64,000 nucleotides of DNA from assembly GCA_964419935.1 (NCBI GenBank), contig CAYQQJ010000015.1, positions 17,478 to 81,477 of the forward strand, given 5' to 3'. A program made the position numbers and the translations under genes. Shown one piece after another: positions 38,489-47,670 of the stretch (position 1 is the first letter of the stretch; each line of letters opens with the position of its first letter). This DNA comes from an uncultured Cellvibrionaceae bacterium (GTDB lineage Bacteria; Pseudomonadota; Gammaproteobacteria; Pseudomonadales; Cellvibrionaceae). The notes beneath the pieces are model-generated. The model had not been told where the DNA came from, did no database searches, and saw only the letters and a program-made list of their open reading frames with translations.

Positions 38489-40993
38489 GTGGAATCAAAG
38501 TCCCGGAAGTCCAATGACCAACGTCGGCAAAATCAATCTCGCGTCCGCGCGCGGCAACAATTTGCGCGACCAACCATACTCCTGGTGATTCTTGCATTGT
38601 CCCTGAACATTGGCCTGGCGTATTGGGGCCATCAGACCTGGATCGAAGAGAGCCGCGCGCTGCAGCTCAAAACCATCAGCCGCACTCACGCCCAGGCGGC
38701 GGCAGACAGCGTGTCCGTCGCGCTGCACAAACTCCAGAAACGTCTCGACCTGGCAGCACAGTCCGCCGATGTCGCGGTGATTCTGGATAAACAAAATCCA
38801 GAGGCGATGTCCACCCTCGAACAGCGACTGCAACGGCGTTTCGAAGCCGCTGTCGGCCTGCGCGTATTACTGCCCAATCCGGCGAAGCACTGGCCAGAAG
38901 GCGCCACCGCGCTGAGCTTTGCCGAACTCGATATGGTCGCGCGCGCGGAAAAGCGTCAAGCGGTGTTTCCCGAAGCAGCCAAACGGGACGAGCAATGGAT
39001 AGTCGATCTGGTGTCTCCGGTTCCGGCGGATGCCAGCATGCCGGTCACCGGCACACTCCTGCTGACACTGCAACTCAATGTACTGCAACCGGCATTGGTA
39101 GACGATCGCCAGGAGCTGGGCCGCGTTGAACTGCTGCAGAGCTTTGGCCAAGGCAAGGCCACAACCTTGCTCACCAGCGGCAACGGCGAAGCGGGGGAGC
39201 CGCAGACAGCAGCCATTGACAACAGCTATTGGCAGATCCGCTTTACGCCCTCCAGTCGCCTGTGGCATGCCACTGACGTTAACCTGTTGTTGCCCATTGC
39301 GCTGCTGCTCGTCACCACTCTCGCCAGTGTTACTCTCGCTATCTGGCTGGGCCGTTTATTGAACCGAAGCCAGTTATCGAAGGCATCACCAGTCAAGGAA
39401 CCGCAACGGACGCGAACCCAGACTCGGGTAAGGAACAGCTCTGCCGAAGCCGCTGAAAGTGACGAGGCTGATGACATTCTGGATATCGAGATTGCCGATG
39501 AAGATGAAGCCTTGCTCGGTCTGGATGAGGTTCGCTCACGCCCCGCAACACCCGATTCCGATCACTCCGGCACCGCGACCCCCAGCACTCCAGCCGGCGC
39601 TTCGGCCGGACGAAGTGATGTGCCTGAAGTTATTTTCCGTGCCTATGATATTCGCGGGCTGGCAGAAACCGAGATTACCCCCGCCCTCGCGCGCCAGATA
39701 GGCCAGGCACTTGGCAGCGAAGCCCTGGGCCATCGTCAAAATGCGCTGGTCGTTGCGCAGGATGCCCGCACCCACAGCCCCGTGCTGGCAGAACATCTGG
39801 TCAAGGGCATACTGAGCACCGGTTGCCACGTCATCAATATCGGCACCGTACCGACACCCCTCATGTACTTTGCCACCGAAACTCTGAATCAGACCCAGAG
39901 TGGCGTGATGGTCACCGCCAGCCATAACGCCGCCGAATATAACGGTTTCAAGGTGGTCATGGTTGGAAAATCCCGCTCCGCAGACGATATCCAGAATGTT
40001 CGAAAGCGCATTATGGACAATGACTTCTATAGCGGTAGCGGGGGCGAAGAACACCTCGACATAGTGCCTCAGTACATCGATACCATTTTTTCGGACGTGG
40101 CCCTCGCCGGCGATATGCACGTTGTATTGGACGCGGGCAATGGCGTCACCGGGGCTGTTGCGCCGCGCCTGTTCGAAGAACTCGGCTGCCAGGTTACCTC
40201 TCTCTATTGCGATCTCGACGGCCGCTTCCCCAACCACGAACCGGATCCTTCCATTGCCGCCAATCTGCAGCACCTTATTGCCCGGGTGCAGCAGGAAAAG
40301 GCCGACGTGGGTATTGCATTCGACGGTGATGGGGACCGGTTGACTGTGGTTACGCCCACCGGGGAGATCATTTGGTCCGACCGCCTGCTCATGCTGTTCG
40401 CCAAGGATATCCTGGCGCGCAATCCCGGCGCTGACGTGGTGTTTGACATCAAGAGCACCCGCCAGCTGGGCAGTGCCATCAGCCGGTTTGGCGGCCGGCC
40501 GATCATGTGGAAAACCGGCCACGCGCCCATGCGCGCCAAGATACTGGAAACCGGTGCGCTGCTCGGCGGCGAGTTTTCTGGCCATGTATTTATCAAGGAT
40601 CGCTGGTACGGCTTTGACGACGGCATTTATGCCGCTGCCCGCCTGATTGAGGTGATGAGTCTGCGCGGCGAAGACTTGGACACTATCTTTGCGGAATTCC
40701 CGCCGACGCTGATCACCCCGGAAATTCGACTAGCCGTTGCAGAAGATAAAAAGTTCGCTATAGTTCGCAGGCTGATTGAGAGCGGGGACTTCGACGGCGC
40801 AGAGCTGACGACCCTGGATGGCCTGCGCGCGGACTTCCCCTTCGGCTGGGGCCTGATACGCGCGTCCAACACCTCGGCCAATCTGACCCTGCGGTTCGAA
40901 GCGGACGACGAGCAATCACTGCAGCGAATTATCGATCTCTTTGCACGAGAACTGCAGAGAATTGACACTGGATTACAACTGACACTGCCCTGA
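38489..40993 (+). CDS. algC: phosphomannomutase/phosphoglucomutase with a ~375-aa membrane-anchored N-terminal extension
   Basis: The C-terminal ~455 aa is a full PMM/PGM (IFRAYDIRG, phosphoserine loop TASHNAAEYNGFK, Mg site FDGDGDRL). The N-terminal part has two predicted TM helices flanking a ~220-aa domain plus an acidic/Pro-rich linker. GTG start. Lies between coaBC and argB as algC does in Pseudomonas. Confidence 0.85.
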   Translation: MESKSRKSNDQRRQNQSRVRARQQFARPTILLVILALSLNIGLAYWGHQTWIEESRALQLKTISRTHAQAAADSVSVALHKLQKRLDLAAQSADVAVILDKQNPEAMSTLEQRLQRRFEAAVGLRVLLPNPAKHWPEGATALSFAELDMVARAEKRQAVFPEAAKRDEQWIVDLVSPVPADASMPVTGTLLLTLQLNVLQPALVDDRQELGRVELLQSFGQGKATTLLTSGNGEAGEPQTAAIDNSYWQIRFTPSSRLWHATDVNLLLPIALLLVTTLASVTLAIWLGRLLNRSQLSKASPVKEPQRTRTQTRVRNSSAEAAESDEADDILDIEIADEDEALLGLDEVRSRPATPDSDHSGTATPSTPAGASAGRSDVPEVIFRAYDIRGLAETEITPALARQIGQALGSEALGHRQNALVVAQDARTHSPVLAEHLVKGILSTGCHVINIGTVPTPLMYFATETLNQTQSGVMVTASHNAAEYNGFKVVMVGKSRSADDIQNVRKRIMDNDFYSGSGGEEHLDIVPQYIDTIFSDVALAGDMHVVLDAGNGVTGAVAPRLFEELGCQVTSLYCDLDGRFPNHEPDPSIAANLQHLIARVQQEKADVGIAFDGDGDRLTVVTPTGEIIWSDRLLMLFAKDILARNPGADVVFDIKSTRQLGSAISRFGGRPIMWKTGHAPMRAKILETGALLGGEFSGHVFIKDRWYGFDDGIYAAARLIEVMSLRGEDLDTIFAEFPPTLITPEIRLAVAEDKKFAIVRRLIESGDFDGAELTTLDGLRADFPFGWGLIRASNTSANLTLRFEADDEQSLQRIIDLFARELQRIDTGLQLTLP

Positions 40994-41956
<963 letters not shown>

Positions 41957-42061
41957 CAGCTATATACGTCCGCCCATGTTGAAGCTAGCGCCATATACCG
42001 CTAGCATAAGCTTCACCAGCACCGGCCTTTTTGCGCAACCACAGGAAAGATTTGGATCTGT

Positions 42062-42667
42062 ATGAACATCGACAATAACAAGCGGCCTCGCCGACAACAG
42101 ATTCTGGAGGCGCTGGCGCATATGCTGGAAGCCAGCCCCGGCGCTCGCATCACCACAGCGGCGCTGGCCAAACAGGTGGGTGTTTCCGAGGCCGCGCTTT
42201 ACCGTCACTTTCCCAGTAAATCCAAAATGCTGGAAGGGCTGATCGAATTTGTCGAGGAAACGCTGTTCACCCGCGTCGCATTGATTGCCGCCGAAGACAA
42301 CCTTGCTGCCCACCAGAAGTGTGAACGAATCCTGCAGCTACTGCTCGGTTTTGCCGAGCGCAATCCCGGCATCACCCGCATTCTCACTGGCGACGCCCTG
42401 GCGGGGGAAACCGAGCGACTGCGCAGGCGCGTGGCGCAATTGTTTGACCGGCTGGAAACGCAAATGAAACAGATATTGCGGGAAGCGGAATTGCGGGAAG
42501 GCCTGCATTTTGGCTTGCCGATCAATGCCACTGTCGGCTTGTGGATGGCCACGGCGGAAGGCCGCATCGCGCAGTTTGTTCGCAGCGAGTTCTCGCGCTC
42601 ACCCAGCGAAGGCTGGCAGGAGCAATGGCCGTTTCTTTCTGAGGGGTTCTTGGTACAACCGGCGTGA
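42062..42667 (+). CDS. slmA: nucleoid occlusion factor SlmA (TetR family)
   Basis: [14 protein letters not shown]...[37 protein letters not shown]. Lies upstream of pyrE as in E. coli. Confidence 0.85.
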   Translation: MNIDNNKRPRRQQILEALAHMLEASPGARITTAALAKQVGVSEAALYRHFPSKSKMLEGLIEFVEETLFTRVALIAAEDNLAAHQKCERILQLLLGFAERNPGITRILTGDALAGETERLRRRVAQLFDRLETQMKQILREAELREGLHFGLPINATVGLWMATAEGRIAQFVRSEFSRSPSEGWQEQWPFLSEGFLVQPA

Positions 42668-42739
42668 CGACAACACAGTCAATCCATGCCGCCCGGTTCG
42701 CCACCTTTGCTTGCACAACCCCTTGAGCTCTTCAAGCTT

Positions 42740-43393
42740 TTAGGGCGAGCGGAAACGCGCAGATCCCTTTTCGTAGGTTTCCAGATCCTGGTCAAACCGC
42801 GCTGCCACATCCTCCAACTCCTTCAACCGCACCTCAAGCAACTCCTCCGCCGCCGTTAATTCCGCACGGGTATCGGAAAGCTTCTGCAACAAAACATCCG
42901 GCACCTGGCGACCAGCGCGTTCAACATCAGCGGCCTGGCTGCGCAAGCTGACCAGTTGTGCCTCAAACCCGGTGATGTTGCCTCTGAGAATGGCGATATT
43001 GGTATCAAGGTTGGCGAGCTTGCGCTCCTTGGCCCTTTCGATATCCGCCAATGAACTGTAGCGCCGATCCAGGCGTTGAAAATCTTCGCGCAACTTCAAT
43101 AAGGCTTGTTTCGCCGCCAAGTCTTCGGCATCGGGAGCTGGCGGTACGGTTTTCAACACTTCGCCGGAAAGGCTGACGATCTCGTAGCCCTTTTGGGCGT
43201 ACTGGGGAGGAATACGATCATCGAGCACGGAAATACCCTGCTCGTTAAGGTAACGATAGTAAACCTGCTGTTCAGCTGAGGCCGGCACCGCAGCCAATGC
43301 GACCACAAGTGCCATGAGCAGGCTCGTGACATGGGCCAAACCAAACTGCGGGCCCGGCATGCGCGCGCGGGAGAACCGTAAATTGAAAAACAT
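42740..43393 (-). CDS. DUF4124 domain protein with coiled-coil C-terminus
   Basis: Signal peptide, DUF4124-like VYYRYLNEQGISVLDDRIP, then a long heptad-rich helical region. Confidence 0.65.
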   Translation of the reverse strand: MFFNLRFSRARMPGPQFGLAHVTSLLMALVVALAAVPASAEQQVYYRYLNEQGISVLDDRIPPQYAQKGYEIVSLSGEVLKTVPPAPDAEDLAAKQALLKLREDFQRLDRRYSSLADIERAKERKLANLDTNIAILRGNITGFEAQLVSLRSQAADVERAGRQVPDVLLQKLSDTRAELTAAEELLEVRLKELEDVAARFDQDLETYEKGSARFRSP

Positions 43394-43395
43394 TG

Positions 43396-44037
43396 CTATA
43401 CACCGTAATTTGCCCGATAGGTATCTATGCGTGCCAAAGTGTCACTGGTGTTACCGCTGGCTGCGAGATAATCCATGATATGGCTGAGGCTAATGATACT
43501 CACCACGGGCACGCCGGTACTGCGTTCCAGTTCCTGAATTGCCGATAATTCTCCCTGACCTTTTTCCTCGCGATTCAGTCCTATGAGTATAGCGGCTGGC
43601 TGCGCACCTGCCTGTTCAATGAGGCCAAGCACTTCTCGAATGGCAGTACCCGCGGTGATAACGTCATCAACAATCGCAATGCGGCCTTTCAGCGGTGCCC
43701 CCACAAGGCTGCCACCTTCGCCGTGACTTTTAGCCTCTTTGCGATTGAAGCAGTAAGGCACGTCCCGCTGGTGGTGATCCGCCAGAGCCACCGCGGTGGT
43801 CGTCGCCAGCGGAATGCCCTTATAAGCGGGGCCGAACACCATATCGAAATCAATGCCGGCCGCCATCAACGCCTGGGCGTAAAAGCGCCCGAGCTTTGCC
43901 AGGGCACTACCGGTTTGAAACTGGCCGGCATTGAAGAAGTAGGGGCTGATGCGGCCGGATTTGAGTTTGAATTCACCAAAACGAAGGGCTTGGCATTCGA
44001 TGGCTAAGGCAATGAATTCGGACTGATAAGCATGCAT
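43396..44037 (-). CDS. pyrE: orotate phosphoribosyltransferase
   Basis: 213 aa with PRPP-binding motif [14 protein letters not shown]. Confidence 0.95.
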   Translation of the reverse strand: MHAYQSEFIALAIECQALRFGEFKLKSGRISPYFFNAGQFQTGSALAKLGRFYAQALMAAGIDFDMVFGPAYKGIPLATTTAVALADHHQRDVPYCFNRKEAKSHGEGGSLVGAPLKGRIAIVDDVITAGTAIREVLGLIEQAGAQPAAILIGLNREEKGQGELSAIQELERSTGVPVVSIISLSHIMDYLAASGNTSDTLARIDTYRANYGV

Positions 44038-44234
44038 GAATAGGGGTTAACCTCTGAAGAATTACAGAAGAATTACAAAAGATTGACGCGTTAACGCGCT
44101 GGAACCGTTTTGCCGAAAACTTGACGCAGGATGAATTTGCGATTTTTAACAAAAACTATGTGCAAAATCAGCTGTCTGCTAACAAATAGCAGCGAATATA
44201 AGTATCATACACAGTCCGCAATTAAGGGGCCAAC

Positions 44235-45008
44235 ATGCGAATAATCAGTCTCAGTGTCGATGGAATCCACCAAGCTGCTCAGCGCGGGCTTTATGACTGG
44301 ATTGCCAATCAAGACGCCGATGTGGTCTGTCTACAGGATCTACGTGCCCTGGAGTACGAGCTGGATCACGAGACGTTTCATCCGGAAGGCTACTTCGCCT
44401 ACTTTTTCGATTCCGGCGTCAAGCACTACAACGGTGTTGCCATCTACACCCGCCATCAGCCCAAGGCACTCATCTATGGCCTGGGTTTCGCCAGCGGCGT
44501 GGATATGGAAGGCCGTTACCTGCAGATCGACTACGAGCGCTACAGCATTGGCTCGTTGCTCGCTCCGTCTGCCGTTTCCGAAGCCGAGTCCCAGGAAGTC
44601 AAAATCAAATTCTTTGAAGACTTTCAGGCCTTGTTGCACAAAATCACCCGCAAACGACGGGACTACATCTTTTGTGGTAACTGGGGCATGGCCCACAACC
44701 GCATTGATGTCGAAAACTGGCAGAACAACACGGACAAATCCGGCTTCCTGCCCCACGAACAGCAGTGGATGAACCAGCTGTTTCGCCAGCTCGGCTACAC
44801 CGACGCCTTCCGTCACGCCATATCCGACAGCGATGAATACACCTGGTGGCCCTCCGGCACCGTCGGCGAAGGTGACGGCTGGCGCACCGATTATCAGGTT
44901 GTGTCCAACTCCATCCGCAACCAGATAGAGTACGGCGCCATCTACAAAAACCAGCTGTTCTCCAGCCACCTCCCGGTTATCATGGATTATGATATTGAGG
45001 AGTTGTAA
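44235..45008 (+). CDS. crc: Crc-like catabolite-repression protein (EEP / exodeoxyribonuclease III fold)
   Basis: 257-aa EEP-fold protein between pyrE and rph, where crc sits in Pseudomonas. It tracks my recollection of P. aeruginosa Crc end to end (MRIIS..., ADVVCLQDLRA, GRYLQIDY, RKRRDYIFCG, GFLPHEQQW, LGYTDAFRH, WWP, GWRTDYQV, HLPVIMDYD). It has LQD where ExoIII has the catalytic LQE. Confidence 0.65.
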   Translation: MRIISLSVDGIHQAAQRGLYDWIANQDADVVCLQDLRALEYELDHETFHPEGYFAYFFDSGVKHYNGVAIYTRHQPKALIYGLGFASGVDMEGRYLQIDYERYSIGSLLAPSAVSEAESQEVKIKFFEDFQALLHKITRKRRDYIFCGNWGMAHNRIDVENWQNNTDKSGFLPHEQQWMNQLFRQLGYTDAFRHAISDSDEYTWWPSGTVGEGDGWRTDYQVVSNSIRNQIEYGAIYKNQLFSSHLPVIMDYDIEEL

Positions 45009-45010
45009 GA

Positions 45011-45256
45011 GAGCGGCAAGCCACAAGCCGTAAGCTGCAAGAAAAGGGAAAAGGGAAAAGGGAAAAGGGAAAAGTATGGCGTAGGGCGAAAAAGCGTCAA
45101 GCGCCTTCCGCCGCTGTAGGGTGGGCACTGCCCACCCCCCCCAAACGAAACTAACGACCCAAACCCCATCGAACGTCTTCCCCTTGAAGCTGCGGTTTTA
45201 CTTTTCCCTTTTCCCTATCTTTCAACTTGTCGCTTGCAGCTTGTGGCTTGCAGCTT
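45011..45256. repeat. composite nested-palindrome repeat, copy B
   Basis: GCGGCAA GCCACAA GCCGTAA GCTGCAA (45013-45040) followed by a GGGAAAA array with four G3 tracts (45041-45074). Then a REP-like unit GTAGGGCGAAAAAGCGTCAAGCGCCTTCCGCC (45081-45112) and the palindrome GGGTGGGCACTGCCCACCC (45119-45137). The right arm is (TTTTCCC)x2 (45201-45215) and four TTGNNGC heptamers (45227-45254). Confidence 0.75.
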
Positions 45257-45267
45257 TCGCCTTTCCC

Positions 45268-45990
45268 TCAACCTTCCGCCAACGCCTTGCGCTGCAATGC
45301 GTTCAACTCTGCGATTCCTTTCTTCGCCAATGCAAACATGGCGGCAAATTCTGATTCGGTGAAAGGCTCTTTTTCTGCTGTGCCCTGAATCTCGATCAGG
45401 CCGGCGTTTTCAGCCATGACCACGTTCATGTCGGTGTCGGCGTTGGAGTCTTCCGGGTAATCCAGATCGAGTACCGCTTCTCCCTGGTAAATACCAACAG
45501 ACACTGACGCCACCATGAACTTCAACGGATCGTCGCGCAGGGTTCCGGCGCGCTGCAACTTTGTCAGCGCATCGACCACTGCCACGCAGGCACCAGTAAT
45601 CGAGGCCGTGCGCGTACCACCGTCGGCCTGAATCACGTCGCAGTCCACCACAATGGTGAACTCTCCGAGGGCTTTCATATCAATGGCAGCACGTAGTGAG
45701 CGCCCGATGAGACGCTGAATTTCAACAGTGCGTCCGCCCTGTTTGCCCCGCGCCGCTTCCCGGCCCATGCGGCTGCCGGTGGAACGCGGCAACATGCCGT
45801 ATTCGGCTGTAATCCAGCCGCGACCTTCGCCGCGCATGAAATGCGGCACCCCAGCCTCCACAGACGCCGTGCAAATAACTTGGGTATCGCCAAAGCCGAC
45901 CAGCACAGAGCCCTCGGCGTGCTTGGTGAAATTGCGGATGATTTTGATATCGCGCAGCTGATCTGCGGAACGACCACTGGGTCTTGGCAT
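45268..45990 (-). CDS. rph: ribonuclease PH
   Basis: 240 aa with [12 protein letters not shown] and the conserved [11 protein letters not shown] motif. Confidence 0.95.
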   Translation of the reverse strand: MPRPSGRSADQLRDIKIIRNFTKHAEGSVLVGFGDTQVICTASVEAGVPHFMRGEGRGWITAEYGMLPRSTGSRMGREAARGKQGGRTVEIQRLIGRSLRAAIDMKALGEFTIVVDCDVIQADGGTRTASITGACVAVVDALTKLQRAGTLRDDPLKFMVASVSVGIYQGEAVLDLDYPEDSNADTDMNVVMAENAGLIEIQGTAEKEPFTESEFAAMFALAKKGIAELNALQRKALAEG

Positions 45991-46127
45991 AACGTACCTC
46001 GGTTAGCTCACGCCAGCGCCTTTGAATGGGCAACCGGCGGGAAAAATGAGGGCGCATTATAGCCTCATGAACTGTCCAACAAAAACGCTGTGTTAAGATG
46101 AGCTTTTACCCAACCGAGGACTTCCCT

Positions 46128-46994
46128 ATGCCGCGCAGCATGACCGGTTTTGCCCGTCAGGAAAGCCAACAAACCTGGGGCAAGGTGATTTGCGAAATTC
46201 GCAGTGTCAATCACCGCTATCTGGAACCCTCTCTGCGTATGCCGGATGCTCTGCGGAATCTCGAGCCTACTCTGCGCGATCAACTGCGCAAGAACCTCAG
46301 CCGGGGCAAGGTCGAAGTCGGCTTTTCCCTGAAGACTGAACAGACTGACACCACGGAATTGACCCTTAATCAATCATTGGCCCGGGACGTTATTCGGCTG
46401 GCAGAGCAGATTCAGCAGGACCTGGCCAACCCCGCCCCACTGAACAGCCTCGATATCCTGCAATGGCCCGGCTTGGTGCGCACCGAAGAAGTGGATCAAA
46501 AACTGGTGGAACACTGCGCCAGCGAGCTGTTCACCAACGCGTTGCAGCAGTTGATTGCCAACCGGGAGTGCGAAGGGGCGGAGCTGGGAAAATTTATTGA
46601 ACAACGGCTGACATCCATTGCCGCCCATGTAGTGACCTTGCGTGACCGACTGCCGCAGTTACTGACCCAACAACAGGAACGCTTGCACGCAAAGCTTGCG
46701 GCATTGGCCGTCGACGTCGACCAGGAACGCTTTGCCCAGGAGGTGGTTTACCTCGCGCAAAAATCCGACGTCGCGGAAGAACTGGACCGCCTGGACACCC
46801 ACCTCAACGAGGTGCGCCGCACCCTGGGCAGAAAAGACGCCATCGGCCGCCGGCTCGACTTCCTCATGCAGGAGCTCAACCGCGAAGCCAATACCCTGTC
46901 ATCCAAGGCCATCAACACGGAAGTGTCCCAGATTGCCGTGGACCTGAAAGTGCTGATCGAGCAAATGCGCGAGCAGGTGCAAAATATCGAGTAG
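46128..46994 (+). CDS. yicC: YicC/YloC-family endoribonuclease
   Basis: ATG at 46128 preceded by GAGGA. MPRSMTGFARQE N-terminus and a C-terminal DUF1732-like EELDRLDTHLNE...MQELNREANTLSSK. Confidence 0.9.
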   Translation: MPRSMTGFARQESQQTWGKVICEIRSVNHRYLEPSLRMPDALRNLEPTLRDQLRKNLSRGKVEVGFSLKTEQTDTTELTLNQSLARDVIRLAEQIQQDLANPAPLNSLDILQWPGLVRTEEVDQKLVEHCASELFTNALQQLIANRECEGAELGKFIEQRLTSIAAHVVTLRDRLPQLLTQQQERLHAKLAALAVDVDQERFAQEVVYLAQKSDVAEELDRLDTHLNEVRRTLGRKDAIGRRLDFLMQELNREANTLSSKAINTEVSQIAVDLKVLIEQMREQVQNIE

Positions 46995-47029
46995 AGGGCT
47001 GCCGCGTCTGCCCCCTCCTTTGCGGAACC

Positions 47030-47431
47030 TTAAGCGGCCGCTACCACCTCAAACCGCTCCCGCAGCCATTCGTTGATGGCGCTGGATTCGTACAGCCACT
47101 CCTCGCGTCCATCATCGTGCTGAATCAGCAGGCAGGGCACCTTGATTTTGCCACCGCCGGCTTCCAGTGCCGTGCGATGGTTCTTGTCGTGCTGGGCGTC
47201 CCGGGTTTCCACAGGCAGGCCAAGTCGCGCCATTTGCTTGCGTACCTTGATGCAGAACGGACAGGCCCGGAATTGATAAAGAGCCAGTTTTTCACTGGCG
47301 CTGTTGAGGGTGGCCTGCTCGGTGGACGTGCGAACGATGGCCTTGGGTGTGGTGAGCGCCTCTGCGATTAACATAAAGGGTGTTAGAACCCGCCGCAAAC
47401 TGCGGAAAAAGAAGCGAATAACAATTTTCAT
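47030..47431 (-). CDS. glutaredoxin-family protein with N-terminal hydrophobic segment
   Basis: CPFC active site (LYQFRACPFCIKVR) and the conserved VPCLLI motif. ATG at 47431 preferred. Confidence 0.7.
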   Translation of the reverse strand: MKIVIRFFFRSLRRVLTPFMLIAEALTTPKAIVRTSTEQATLNSASEKLALYQFRACPFCIKVRKQMARLGLPVETRDAQHDKNHRTALEAGGGKIKVPCLLIQHDDGREEWLYESSAINEWLRERFEVVAAA

Positions 47432-47670
47432 AGAACTCTCATATTGCACTGGTTGGCCGGCTCGCGCTGGCAAATCCGCTATTGTACCGGCTCACCGCCC
47501 TTTGTTGATACGGCCGCCATATCACTTATAATGGCCAAATAGCACCCTGGACGAGTGCCAACAGAAGACCCACTGTAATAAATATAAAAAGCGCACACGC
47601 GGAATGACACCATCCCTCTGTTCCGACACGTGCATATTTCTTAAACGGATTATCGCTGGACGGAACGCTC

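Noticed and set aside
45013-45074. Idea that the purine-rich array right after crc encodes a CrcZ-like Hfq/Crc-titrating sRNA.
   Set aside because: The 7-nt periodicity does not give the AANAANAA / (ARN)n register that Hfq-Crc recognises. The same array occurs after unrelated genes, so adjacency to crc is probably coincidental.
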